Assembly (NCBI GenBank): GCA_963785085.1 | Contig: CAWAUD010000007.1 | Span: 132,506 to 196,505, forward strand | Origin: an uncultured Solirubrobacterales bacterium | GTDB lineage: Bacteria; Actinomycetota; Thermoleophilia; Solirubrobacterales; JBBDJG01 | DNA: 64,000 nt | Direction: 5' to 3' | In this document: piece after piece, positions 52,410 through 63,027 of the stretch | Numbering within the stretch: position 1 is the stretch's first letter | Layout: the number at the start of each line of letters is the position of its first letter | Notes under the pieces: model-generated | What the model was told of the DNA's origin: nothing | Seen by the model: only the letters and a program-made list of their open reading frames with translations | Databases searched by the model: none | Position numbers and translations under genes: made by a program

Positions 52410-52476
52410 TCCGGAGTCGGCAGTCCGGAGACTGTCGTTCGAGGACTCTGCCGACTGCCGACTGCCGACTGCCGAC
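52402..52476. repeat. Inverted heptamer arrays: GTCGGCA GTCCGGA GTCGGCA GTCCGGA, a 19-nt spacer, then (TGCCGAC)4
   Basis: Read directly from the sequence. The right array ends 3 nt before the lpdA stop codon (52480-52482). Confidence 0.9.
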
Positions 52477-52479
52477 TCT

Positions 52480-53850
52480 TTAGGCGTGGATGACCCAACC
52501 AGCCGTGGCTCTACCCGCTTCCATCACCGCTTCTGAGAATGTCGGGTGCGGGTGCACCGTGCGAGCGATCTCCTCGAAGCCACCCTCGAGCTGCTTGGCG
52601 ACCACCAGCTCGGCGATCATCTCGGTCGCGCGAGCACCGACGATGCTGGCGCCGAGCAGCTCGCCGTAGCGAGCGTCACCGATCATCTTGACCATGCCCT
52701 TGCGGTCGCCGTAGACGGTCGCCGCGCCGACGCCGCCCATCGGGAACTTCCCGACCACGACATCGGCTCCGCGCTCCTTGGCCTGCGCCTCGGTGAGGCC
52801 GAAGCTCGCGACCTGGGGCGAGCAGAACGTGGCGCTGGGGATGTCGTCGTAGTTGAGCGGGTGCGTCTCGAGCCCAGCCGCGTCCTCGACGGCGATGATG
52901 CCCTCGTCCGAGGCCTTGTGCGCGAGCGCCGGCCCGTGGACCATGTCGCCGATCGCGTAGATGCCCTGGGCCGTCGTCCGCAGGCGCTCGTCGACCGCGA
53001 CTCGCCCGCGCTCGTCGAGCTGCACGCCGGCGGCCTCGAGGCCAAGTCCCTCCACGTCGGGGGCACGGCCCGCGCAGATGCAGAGGTAGTCGAACTCCTC
53101 GGTGTTCCCGTCCCAGATCAAGGAGACGGACTGCTTGCCGGCCTCCACCTTCTCCAGCGGCTTGCCGGTCGAGATCTTGATGTTCTGCCGCTTGAACTCG
53201 CCGGCGACAACCTTCGCGATCTCAGGATCCTCGGCCGGCAGGATCTGGTCCAGCGCCTCCATCAGGAGCACCTCGGTGCCGAAGCGGCCGAAGGCCGAGG
53301 CGATCTCGGCGCCGGACGCGCCCGCGCCGACGACCGCGAGCCGCGCCGGCTGCTCGTTCATCAGCCAGGCGCCGGCGGTGTCGATCACCCGGCCGCCGAA
53401 CTCCGCGCCGGGGACGGGCAGCGGCAGCGAGCCGGTGGCGAGCAGGATCTTTCCCGCGTCGACGGTGTCGTCGCCGACGGCCACGCTGCCCGCCCCGGCG
53501 ACGCGGCCCTCGCCGTGGAGCACCTCGATCTTGTGCTTCTTGAAGAGGCCCGCCACGCCCCCCGTGAGGGTCTTGACGACCTTGTCACGGTGCTTCGCGG
53601 CGCCCTCGATGTCGAACGACACGCCGTCTGCGGTGATGCCGAACTCGGCGCCGTCGCGCACCTCGGAGAGCACGTCCGCGGCGCGCAGCATCGCCTTTGC
53701 GGGGATGCAGGCCTCGTTCAGGCACCGTCCGCCGACGGTGTCCGCCCGCTCGACGACGGCGGTCTTCATCCCCAGCTGGGCGGCTCGAATCGCGGCCACG
53801 TAGCCGCCGGGGCCCGAGCCGATCACGACCATGTCGTACGAACCTGGCAC
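52480..53850 (-). CDS. lpdA: Dihydrolipoyl dehydrogenase (E3)
   Basis: 'VVIGSGPGGYVAAIRAAQLG', redox-active 'GGRCLNEACIPAK', 'VVGAGASGAEIA', C-terminal 'HPHPTFSEA'. Confidence 0.94.
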   Translation of the reverse strand: MPGSYDMVVIGSGPGGYVAAIRAAQLGMKTAVVERADTVGGRCLNEACIPAKAMLRAADVLSEVRDGAEFGITADGVSFDIEGAAKHRDKVVKTLTGGVAGLFKKHKIEVLHGEGRVAGAGSVAVGDDTVDAGKILLATGSLPLPVPGAEFGGRVIDTAGAWLMNEQPARLAVVGAGASGAEIASAFGRFGTEVLLMEALDQILPAEDPEIAKVVAGEFKRQNIKISTGKPLEKVEAGKQSVSLIWDGNTEEFDYLCICAGRAPDVEGLGLEAAGVQLDERGRVAVDERLRTTAQGIYAIGDMVHGPALAHKASDEGIIAVEDAAGLETHPLNYDDIPSATFCSPQVASFGLTEAQAKERGADVVVGKFPMGGVGAATVYGDRKGMVKMIGDARYGELLGASIVGARATEMIAELVVAKQLEGGFEEIARTVHPHPTFSEAVMEAGRATAGWVIHA

Positions 53851-53883
53851 GAGTCTGATCCTACTTACCCGCTGTTGCGGGCC

Positions 53884-55380
53884 TCAGGCTGCCGCGGGTT
53901 CGGGGAGCGGCGCTTCAGTCAGGTAGTCGGCCGGGTTGACCCGCGCGGCGCGACGCTGGTACTCGGCCTGGGAGCCGGGCCAGTTGTTGGTGATGCGGCC
54001 CGATTTGGTCACGTACCAGCTCGAGCAAGAAGTCCAGACGCTGTCGGCCAGGCGCTCGCCGAGCTCGTACTGAAATGCGTCGTGCACCTCGGGCCTGACC
54101 TCCAGGCTCTGAGCGCTGCCGCTGCCGATCATCCGGACCGCGTCCGAGGCGTATTCCGCCTGGGTCTCGATCAGGTTGAGAGCGGAGCCCGTGCCGTGGT
54201 TCGTGTTCGGGCCGTACAGCAGGAACATGTTGGGGAAGCCGGGCACCGTGATGCCGAAGTACGCCTCGGCACCGTCCTTCCAGGCGTCCGTCAGCTCGAG
54301 CCCCTCTCGCCCACGGACCTCCATCGGCGCGAGGAACTCCGTCGCGGTGAAGCCGGTCCCGAAGACGATCGTGTCGACCTCGTGCCGCGTGCCGTCGGGG
54401 CCGATGACGGCGTCTGCCGTGATCTCGACTGGGCGGTCGCTCACGAGCTCGACGTTGTCGCGGCGCAGCGTCGGGTACCACTCGGAGGTCAGGAGCAGCC
54501 GCTTGCATCCGATCGGGTAGTCGGGCTTGGTCGCTTCGAGCAGGCGCTCGTCGCCGCGGAGCTGGGAGCGGCGCTGCATCTCCGACAGCACCCGGAACGG
54601 GATCGTTCCCGCCGTTGCCGCCCAGCGGGGCCGTCGGGTGAAGACCGGAACCGTCGCCTCCATCATCGTCCACATCGCCTGGCGCACAGCCTTCTGCAAC
54701 CAGGGCGCGCGCTCGTACAGTCGCCGTGTGCGATCGGAGTAGGGCTTGTCGGACTTCGGCACGACCCAGCCAGGCGTGCGCTGGAAGATCGTCATGTGCG
54801 CAACGTGCGGCGCGATCGCCGGCACGAACTGGATCGCGCTGGCGCCCGTGCCGATCACCGCGACGCGCCGCCCGTCGAGCATGTCGTCGCCGGGCCAGTG
54901 CGCCGAGTGGAACACCCGGCCCTTGAACTCGCCGAGGCCGGGAATCTCCGGAATCGCCGGCCGCGTCAGCTGCCCGCAGGCCGTGATCAGCACCTCCGCC
55001 TCGACGGTATCGCCGTTCGCGATCTCGAGCCGCCACCGGCCTGCCGTCTGGTCCCACGCGGCCCTGATGACGTCGGAGTTGAACCGCACGTGCCGCTCCA
55101 GGTCGAAGCGGCGGGCGACGTCCTGCAGGTAGGCCTGGATCTCCGCGCGCTGCGAGAAGCGCTGCGACCAGCGCGGGTTGGGCGCGAACGACAGGGAGTA
55201 CAGGTGCGACGGAACGTCACACGCGAGGCCCGGATAGGTGTTGGCCCGCCACACACCGCCGATGCTGTCGCCGCGCTCGAGAATCGTGATGTCGTCCTGC
55301 CCCTGGCGACGCAGATTCGCCGCGGCGGCGATCCCGCCGAAGCCGGCGCCGACGATCGCCGTGGTGACGGTGCGAGTCAT
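53884..55380 (-). CDS. Flavin-dependent (Baeyer-Villiger-type) monooxygenase
   Basis: 'AIVGAGFGGIAAA', BVMO fingerprint 'FKGRVFHSAHWP', second Rossmann 'VAVIGTGASAIQ'. Confidence 0.8.
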   Translation of the reverse strand: MTRTVTTAIVGAGFGGIAAAANLRRQGQDDITILERGDSIGGVWRANTYPGLACDVPSHLYSLSFAPNPRWSQRFSQRAEIQAYLQDVARRFDLERHVRFNSDVIRAAWDQTAGRWRLEIANGDTVEAEVLITACGQLTRPAIPEIPGLGEFKGRVFHSAHWPGDDMLDGRRVAVIGTGASAIQFVPAIAPHVAHMTIFQRTPGWVVPKSDKPYSDRTRRLYERAPWLQKAVRQAMWTMMEATVPVFTRRPRWAATAGTIPFRVLSEMQRRSQLRGDERLLEATKPDYPIGCKRLLLTSEWYPTLRRDNVELVSDRPVEITADAVIGPDGTRHEVDTIVFGTGFTATEFLAPMEVRGREGLELTDAWKDGAEAYFGITVPGFPNMFLLYGPNTNHGTGSALNLIETQAEYASDAVRMIGSGSAQSLEVRPEVHDAFQYELGERLADSVWTSCSSWYVTKSGRITNNWPGSQAEYQRRAARVNPADYLTEAPLPEPAAA

Positions 55381-55398
55381 CGGCCGCAGGATATGCCC

Positions 55399-55902
55399 TC
55401 AGCGCCGCTCGGGCATCTGGATCCGCGCGAGCGCCTTCACCAGGTACCAGAAGAGCGCCCCCGCGCCGGTGATCAGTGCCAGCGACACGACCACGGCGAG
55501 GGCGTTCGCCGCCTGCACGAGCAAACCGGAGGCGACCAGGATCAGGAACACGAGCAGCGTCTGGAAGCCGAGCACGGCCCAATAGCGCGCGTACCACATG
55601 CCGATCGACATCACCATCATCAACACGGCAGGCGGAAGCACCTCCCTGAGCTTGAATCCGTGGCCCCGGGGCTCGAAGCCAACCGCGAACGCGATCAGGT
55701 TCGACGTCGCGATCAGCGCGGCAATGACAGCGGCCACGGTTACGGCCGTGGGACGCTCGCCGGGACGCAGCGGCTCCAGCCGCTCGCGCGCGAGATCGTC
55801 CTTGGACGGGCGCGGCGCTTCCTCGGCCTCGGCGGTCGCCACCGGAGGCGGCACCGGCGGCCGCTCGCGGCGGCGGCGCTTGCGGCTTTGTCTCCCGGAC
55901 AC
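55399..55902 (-). CDS. Hypothetical membrane protein (Arg/Pro-rich N-terminus, 4 TM segments)
   Basis: 167-aa ORF with good GC3. No family recognised. Confidence 0.5.
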   Translation of the reverse strand: MSGRQSRKRRRRERPPVPPPVATAEAEEAPRPSKDDLARERLEPLRPGERPTAVTVAAVIAALIATSNLIAFAVGFEPRGHGFKLREVLPPAVLMMVMSIGMWYARYWAVLGFQTLLVFLILVASGLLVQAANALAVVVSLALITGAGALFWYLVKALARIQMPERR

Positions 55903-55911
55903 GCGTGCCGC

Positions 55912-56592
55912 TCAGCCGCGCGCGCCCGCGGCGAGCCGCTCCTCGATCCGGCTGCGCAGATCGCGAGCTGCGGTGCCGGGATCGTCGGCGTCGCGGATGG
56001 CGCGCACGACGGCCACGCGCTGCGCGCCGGCGTCCACCACCGTCGCGACGTTCGACGGGTGGACGCCCCCGATCGCGAAGAACGGAACCGTCGCGTTCTC
56101 AGCCGCGTAGCGGACGAGGTCGAGCCCGACGGGCGCGTAGTCCGGCTTCGTCGGAGTCGCGTGCACCGGGCCGACGGCGATGTAGTCCGCCGCGTCGGCG
56201 GCATCGACCTGCTCGGGGCTGTGGGTCGAGACGCCGATCAGCGAGTCGCGGCCGATCAGGCGCCTCACCTCGCCCGGGTCCGCGTCGTCCTGTCCGAGAT
56301 GCACGCCGTCAGCCGAGCAGGCGATCGCAAGCTCGGGCGAATCGTTCACGATGAACAGCGCGTCGTAAGCGTCGCAGAGCCGGCGGAACACACGACCCGC
56401 CTGCACGACGTCGCGCTCGCCGGCGTCCTTCTCTCGCAGCTGCACGATGTCGACTCCGGACCGCAGCGCGGGCCGCAGGAGGTCCTCCGGGTCGCGCCCG
56501 CCGGGCCGCGCTTCGCAGACGAGGTACAGGCGGGTGCGGGCGAGCCAGGCGCGGCGGCGCTCGGCGAGGCCTTCGGGATCGGCGACCGTCAT
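55912..56592 (-). CDS. thiE: Thiamine-phosphate synthase
   Basis: 'VDIVQLREKD', 'LFIVNDSPELA..ADGVHLGQDD', 'IGVSTHS', 'YIAVGPVHATPTK', 'FFAIGG'. Confidence 0.88.
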   Translation of the reverse strand: MTVADPEGLAERRRAWLARTRLYLVCEARPGGRDPEDLLRPALRSGVDIVQLREKDAGERDVVQAGRVFRRLCDAYDALFIVNDSPELAIACSADGVHLGQDDADPGEVRRLIGRDSLIGVSTHSPEQVDAADAADYIAVGPVHATPTKPDYAPVGLDLVRYAAENATVPFFAIGGVHPSNVATVVDAGAQRVAVVRAIRDADDPGTAARDLRSRIEERLAAGARG

Positions 56593-56601
56593 ATGCAGAA
56601 A

Positions 56602-58762
<2,161 letters not shown>

Positions 58763-58764
58763 CG

Positions 58765-58855
58765 CCTTCCTGCGCCGGCATTACCCGGATCAGGTTCGAC
58801 GGTCGGCGGCGCGCAGCCGCCCTCTCAGCCCGGTCTACCGGGCTCCCGTGCGAAT
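58765..58855 (-). promoter_or_regulatory. TPP (THI-box) riboswitch
   Basis: Minus strand reads CACGGGAGCCCGGTAGACCGGGCTGAGAGGGCGGC...CGACCGTCGAACCTGATCCGGGTAATGCCGGCGCAGGAAGG. It contains the CUGAGA and ACCUGAUC(C/U)GG.UAAUGCC.GCG core elements, directly 5' of thiO. Confidence 0.87.
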
Positions 58856-58885
58856 AAGTCTAGTGGCGCGAGAGCTGCCGGCCGC

Positions 58886-59782
58886 TCAGGTGAGCAGCAT
58901 CTCGAGCAGTGCCTTTTGGGCGTGCAGCCTGTTCTCCGCCTGGTCCCACACGGCCGAGCGCTCGCCGTAGAGCAGCTCCTCGGTGATCTCCTCGCCGGGA
59001 TGCGCGGGCAGGCAGTGCATGACGACCGCGTCGTCACGGGCAACGGCCAGGAGATCCGAGTCCAGGCGGTAGGGCGCGAGCAGGCGCCGCCGGTCCGCTG
59101 CCTCCGCCTCGTCGCCCATGCTCACCCAGACGTCCGTGTAGAGCGCGTGCGCGCCGGCGGCGGCTTCCGCCGGGTCGTCGGTCAACTCGGCCCAGGCGCG
59201 CGCCTGGCTGACGATCTCCGGGACCGGCCGTAGCTCCGGCGGCGTGGCCGCGGCGACCGTGACTCCGGCCGTGGCGCCCAGAAGCATCAGCGAGTGGCAG
59301 ACGTTGTTGCCGTCGCCGACGTAGGCGATCCGCAGTCCCTCGAGCCGGCCGAATCGCTCGTGCAGCGTCAGCAGGTCGGCCAGTGCCTGACACGGATGGT
59401 GCAGCGGCGTGAGCGAGTTGACGACTGGAACAGTGGCGTAGGCGGCCAGCTCCTCGATCAACGCGTGGTCGCCGACGCGGGCGACGATGGCATCGAGGTA
59501 CCGCGACAGCACCATGGCGGTGTCGCGGGGCGACTCCCCGCGGGAGACCTGCAGCTCATCACCGCGCAGCACGATGGGTGTGCCCCCCAACTGCGCCACC
59601 CCGACCTCGAACGACACGCGCGTGCGGGTCGAGGGCTTCTCGAAGATCATCCCGACGCTCATTCCGGCGAGCGGATGCGACACGCCGTTTGCCTGCTTCA
59701 GCTCGACGGCGCGGTCGATCAGCTCCTCCAGCTCCGCGCGCGTAAGCTCGGTTCCCGTGATCAGGTGCCTCGGCTTGCTCAC
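58886..59782 (-). CDS. argF: Ornithine carbamoyltransferase
   Basis: 'FEKPSTRTRVSFE', 'HPCQALADL', 'DVWVSMG', 'HCLPAHPGEE'. Confidence 0.92.
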   Translation of the reverse strand: MSKPRHLITGTELTRAELEELIDRAVELKQANGVSHPLAGMSVGMIFEKPSTRTRVSFEVGVAQLGGTPIVLRGDELQVSRGESPRDTAMVLSRYLDAIVARVGDHALIEELAAYATVPVVNSLTPLHHPCQALADLLTLHERFGRLEGLRIAYVGDGNNVCHSLMLLGATAGVTVAAATPPELRPVPEIVSQARAWAELTDDPAEAAAGAHALYTDVWVSMGDEAEAADRRRLLAPYRLDSDLLAVARDDAVVMHCLPAHPGEEITEELLYGERSAVWDQAENRLHAQKALLEMLLT

Positions 59783-59797
59783 GAATGGATCTTAAGA

Positions 59798-60676
59798 GTG
59801 CCCTCCCCCGCCCACCCGCCGGTGCAACTGCACGCTCTCACATGGAACCTCTTCCATGGCCGCGACTTCCCGCCCGATCCCGGGCTGTTCACGCGCCGGT
59901 CGCGGTGGCTTCGCCGCACGACCCTCAACGCGACGCACGTTCAGGTGAACCGGTCGCTGCTGCGCGAGTTCGCCCAGGTCCTGGCCGCGGCGCGCTGGTC
60001 GGTGTGCCTCCTCCAGGAGTGTCCGCCGGCGTGGGCGAGACGGCTGGCGGAAGCCAGCAACGCCAGCGCCTTCAGGACGCTCACCTCACGCAACCAGCTC
60101 AGGTTCGCGCGCAGACTCGCGGGCCGCTGCAACCCTGATCTCATGGGGGCGGCGGAGGGCGGCTCGAACGTGATTCTCCTCCGCCAGCCGTGGTCGCTGA
60201 TGGAGTCGCGCTCGATCCTGTTGAACCCGTTGCGTGAACGCGGCCTGCGCGAACGCCGCCGCATGGGCCTGGTCCGGCTCGGCGCTGGCCCCATCGCCGT
60301 ATGCGTCGGAAACGTCCACCTGTCCACCGGACCGCGTGCGCAGACCGAGCGGGAGCTGAACCGCGCCGCGGCAGCCGCCGTGACGTGGGCGGGGACGGAC
60401 CCCCTGCTGCTGGGCGGCGACTTCAACGTCCGTCCCTGGTCGAGCACCGTCTACGGCGACCTGGACCGGCGCTTCGGCCTCGAGGTGCCAACCGCGCCGG
60501 ACGCGATCGACCACCTGCTCGTGCGCGGCATGCGAATCGTGGAGTCGCCGCACGCATGGACCCCCGCCCGCAGGGAGCTGCAGGTGGACACGGCGGCCGG
60601 CCCGCGGCGCTTGCGGCTGTCCGACCATGCGCCTGTCCAGGCGGCGTTTGTCCTCGACTCGACGCGCATGCCATAG
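59798..60676 (+). CDS. Endonuclease/exonuclease/phosphatase (EEP) family protein
   Basis: Tail of ORF 59294..60676. 'LHALTWNLFHG', 'VCLLQEC', 'VGNVHL', 'LLLGGDFN', 'DHLLVRG', 'LSDHAPV'. Start is GTG 59798 or 59822. Confidence 0.7.
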   Translation: MPSPAHPPVQLHALTWNLFHGRDFPPDPGLFTRRSRWLRRTTLNATHVQVNRSLLREFAQVLAAARWSVCLLQECPPAWARRLAEASNASAFRTLTSRNQLRFARRLAGRCNPDLMGAAEGGSNVILLRQPWSLMESRSILLNPLRERGLRERRRMGLVRLGAGPIAVCVGNVHLSTGPRAQTERELNRAAAAAVTWAGTDPLLLGGDFNVRPWSSTVYGDLDRRFGLEVPTAPDAIDHLLVRGMRIVESPHAWTPARRELQVDTAAGPRRLRLSDHAPVQAAFVLDSTRMP

Positions 60677-60686
60677 TTACGAGGCG

Positions 60687-61139
60687 ATGCCGAGGAGAGG
60701 CGCCGCTTCGCCGGTTGCAACGGCCCGCGACAAGCTCGTGCGCGGCGTGCTCAGCCCGTTCAACGCTGTGGTGATCACTCGCCGCAACCTCGAGGAGGTC
60801 CTCGACGACGCCGTTCGCCGCGGGCGCATGACGCGCACCGACGCGCAGGACATGATCCAGACGCTGGTCACCCGGGGCGCACGCGTGACCGACGACATCC
60901 TGGCCGAGATCCAGCGGATGCTCGGCAATACCGAGGCGCTCGACACGGAGAGCCGCGCCGACGCGGCGACGGACACTCGCCGACTGCCGATCAGCGGCTA
61001 CGACGAGCTGTCGGCCCCCCAGGTCCAGGAGCAGCTCGACGGTCTCTCACACGTGCAACTGCGGAACCTGCGCGAGTACGAGCAACGCAACGCGAACCGC
61101 AAGACGGTCCTCGAGCGGATCGACCGCAAGCTGCGTTAG
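60687..61139 (+). CDS. Hypothetical protein (helical N-terminal part; C-terminal 'ISGYDELSAPQVQEQLDGLSHVQLRNLREYE' module)
   Basis: In-frame ATG within ORF 60627..61139. High GC3. No family named with confidence. Confidence 0.5.
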   Translation: MPRRGAASPVATARDKLVRGVLSPFNAVVITRRNLEEVLDDAVRRGRMTRTDAQDMIQTLVTRGARVTDDILAEIQRMLGNTEALDTESRADAATDTRRLPISGYDELSAPQVQEQLDGLSHVQLRNLREYEQRNANRKTVLERIDRKLR

Positions 61140-61300
61140 GGCGCGGCCGCCTCGGCCCCGCTCGACGCGCCGCGTGACTTCCTTCGTTCCGCCCGGCCGC
61201 CGCGCCGCTGCATACGTAAACCGGGACGTAGGAGCTACGAATCGCGCAGAAGTGCGTCACGTTTGCGTCGCCTTCTGCGCAGCGGCGGCTCGCCGTTCGA

Positions 61301-61475
61301 GGTGGGCTGCCTAACGGGCGTATAGCGCCCTCTTCATCGCCCACCTCGCTCCGGGTGGAGGTGGGCTACCTTTCCCGCCTGTGAGGGGGGTTTCATAGCC
61401 CACCCGGCGAGCGCCGGCACGTAGGCGTCACGATGCGCGTGGGACACGCACCGCGGACGCATGAAACTGCACGCG
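61301..61475 (-). other. Leader-like module, copy C (minus strand): ATG 61462, 42-codon sORF 'MRPRCVSHAHRDAYVPALAGWAMKPPSQAGKVAHLHPERGGR' (stop 61334-61336), two tandem 45-nt hairpins (61360-61404 and 61301-61345)
   Basis: The reverse complement of 61425-61462 matches copies A and B. Both hairpins have outer stem GGTGGGC..GCCCACC. The distal one encloses GGGCG-CTATA-CGCCC and contains the sORF stop in its 5' arm. Confidence 0.35.
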
Positions 61476-61524
61476 CCATCCTACGAGCCCGTCCCTGGTC
61501 CGCGCCGGCACCGCAGAGCCGGGC

Positions 61525-63021
61525 TTAGCCTGCGGAGACGTCGGCGACCATCACGCCGAAGTCGAGCTGCTCGCCGGTTACTGCCGCCGCGAGGTCGTCG
61601 CCGTCGAGCCGCTGACCCTCCCGCCACAGGCCGCGTAGGAAGTCACCCGCCTCTCGCTCCGCGAACCAGCGCTCGCCGAACCGCTCGCGCAGGTGGCGGC
61701 GCACGTTCGTCTCGAGCGCCCAGGCGCGCAGGTAGTTGGCGGCGTAGAAGCCATCGTCCACGTCGGCCAGGCAGGTCTCCCGCGGCCAGGAGAGCCCGAC
61801 CGCGTCTCCGAGCAGCTGCGCATAGAGGTCCGGCATCTCGTCCATGGACCGCTCGCCTCCGTGCAGCTGCATCTCGTATGAGAGCTTGGCCGCGTAACGG
61901 CGCAGGAACAGGAACTTGGAGGCACGCGCGTACTCGACGTATGCGGCGGTGTCCTCGGCCCCGAGCACCTCGCGCAGCCAGGTCGGGTCCTCGACCAGGT
62001 GCTCGAGGAGGAACGCGAAGCACTCGGTGACCGAGTTGTCACCGAGGTAGCGGAACTCGAAGGGAAGGTCGGCGGCGACATTGGCGTAGTGCTCCGTGTG
62101 CCCGCCCTCGTGAAACAGCGCGGAGAAGTCGTCACGGCCCCCTACGCGCGGTATGACCAGGTAGACCTCACCCGGCACGCCCACCGGGCAGCAGAACGCG
62201 CGCGGGCTCTTCTGAGGGCGCTGTTCGGTGTCGAGGTGCACGTTCGTCTGCGCGGCGAGGTCGATTCCAAGGCCGGCGAGCGTCCTTTCGAACGCGCCCA
62301 TCAGCTTCTCCTCGGGGAACAGCGCGTCCCATTCCGGGGCGCGGAAGAAGTACGACAGGTCGGAGCGCCGCAGTTGATCGAAGCCGAAGCCGAGCTGGCG
62401 CTGGAACTGCGGCTCCAGCGTCTCGCGGTACGTGGCGGACGTCGCCGCTGAAAAGGCGGCGGTCTGGCGCTCGAGCGCGGCGAGGTCGACGCATTTGAGG
62501 TCCGCGCACATCGCCCGATAGCTCTCCCAGCCCAGTTCGGTCGCGACGCCGTGGCTGCGCTCGATGGCGATCCGGTGCAGCGGGCTCAGCTCGGCATCCA
62601 GGACGTCGAGCCGTGCGCGCTCGATGGCGTAACGGCGCTCCGGGTCGGGCTCGTTCGCCTGCACGATCGAAGCCTGCCTGTAGGCCTCGCGACGGCCATC
62701 GACCTCGATCTCGAGCTGCGCCTCGCGCCGGGCGAGCTCCGCCTCCTGCTCCTTGGTCTCACGCCCGATCAGCCCCCCGGCGGCCAGCTCCAGCAGATAG
62801 CGCAGGCGCCGGTGCTCGTCCCCCGCAGGCGCGGCGTCACGCAGCTGGCGCAGGTGCTCCACGACGTCGCGGCTGAACAGCGACTCGTGCCGCTCGTAGA
62901 TCGCCTCGATCTCGAACTCGGTCTTGTGCCCCGCGAAGTGCTCGTAGTACTCGCGGTCCATCTCGCCGATGAAGGCTTCGGCCTGGGTGGCGTAGGAGTC
63001 GAGGTCGAGCGTCGTGGGCAT
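61525..63021 (-). CDS. M3-family oligoendopeptidase (PepF-like)
   Basis: Last 498 codons of ORF 61525..63522. Zinc motif 'LFHEGGHTEH'. Start at ATG 63021. Confidence 0.82.
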   Translation of the reverse strand: MPTTLDLDSYATQAEAFIGEMDREYYEHFAGHKTEFEIEAIYERHESLFSRDVVEHLRQLRDAAPAGDEHRRLRYLLELAAGGLIGRETKEQEAELARREAQLEIEVDGRREAYRQASIVQANEPDPERRYAIERARLDVLDAELSPLHRIAIERSHGVATELGWESYRAMCADLKCVDLAALERQTAAFSAATSATYRETLEPQFQRQLGFGFDQLRRSDLSYFFRAPEWDALFPEEKLMGAFERTLAGLGIDLAAQTNVHLDTEQRPQKSPRAFCCPVGVPGEVYLVIPRVGGRDDFSALFHEGGHTEHYANVAADLPFEFRYLGDNSVTECFAFLLEHLVEDPTWLREVLGAEDTAAYVEYARASKFLFLRRYAAKLSYEMQLHGGERSMDEMPDLYAQLLGDAVGLSWPRETCLADVDDGFYAANYLRAWALETNVRRHLRERFGERWFAEREAGDFLRGLWREGQRLDGDDLAAAVTGEQLDFGVMVADVSAG

Positions 63022-63027
63022 GGCAGG

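Noticed and set aside
61360-61404. 6C RNA (actinobacterial sRNA with C-rich loops), because the minus-strand hairpin loop contains CCCCCC
   Set aside because: Only one of the two hairpins has a C-run, and the stems and loop context do not match what I recall of the 6C fold. This cannot be confirmed without a covariance-model search.
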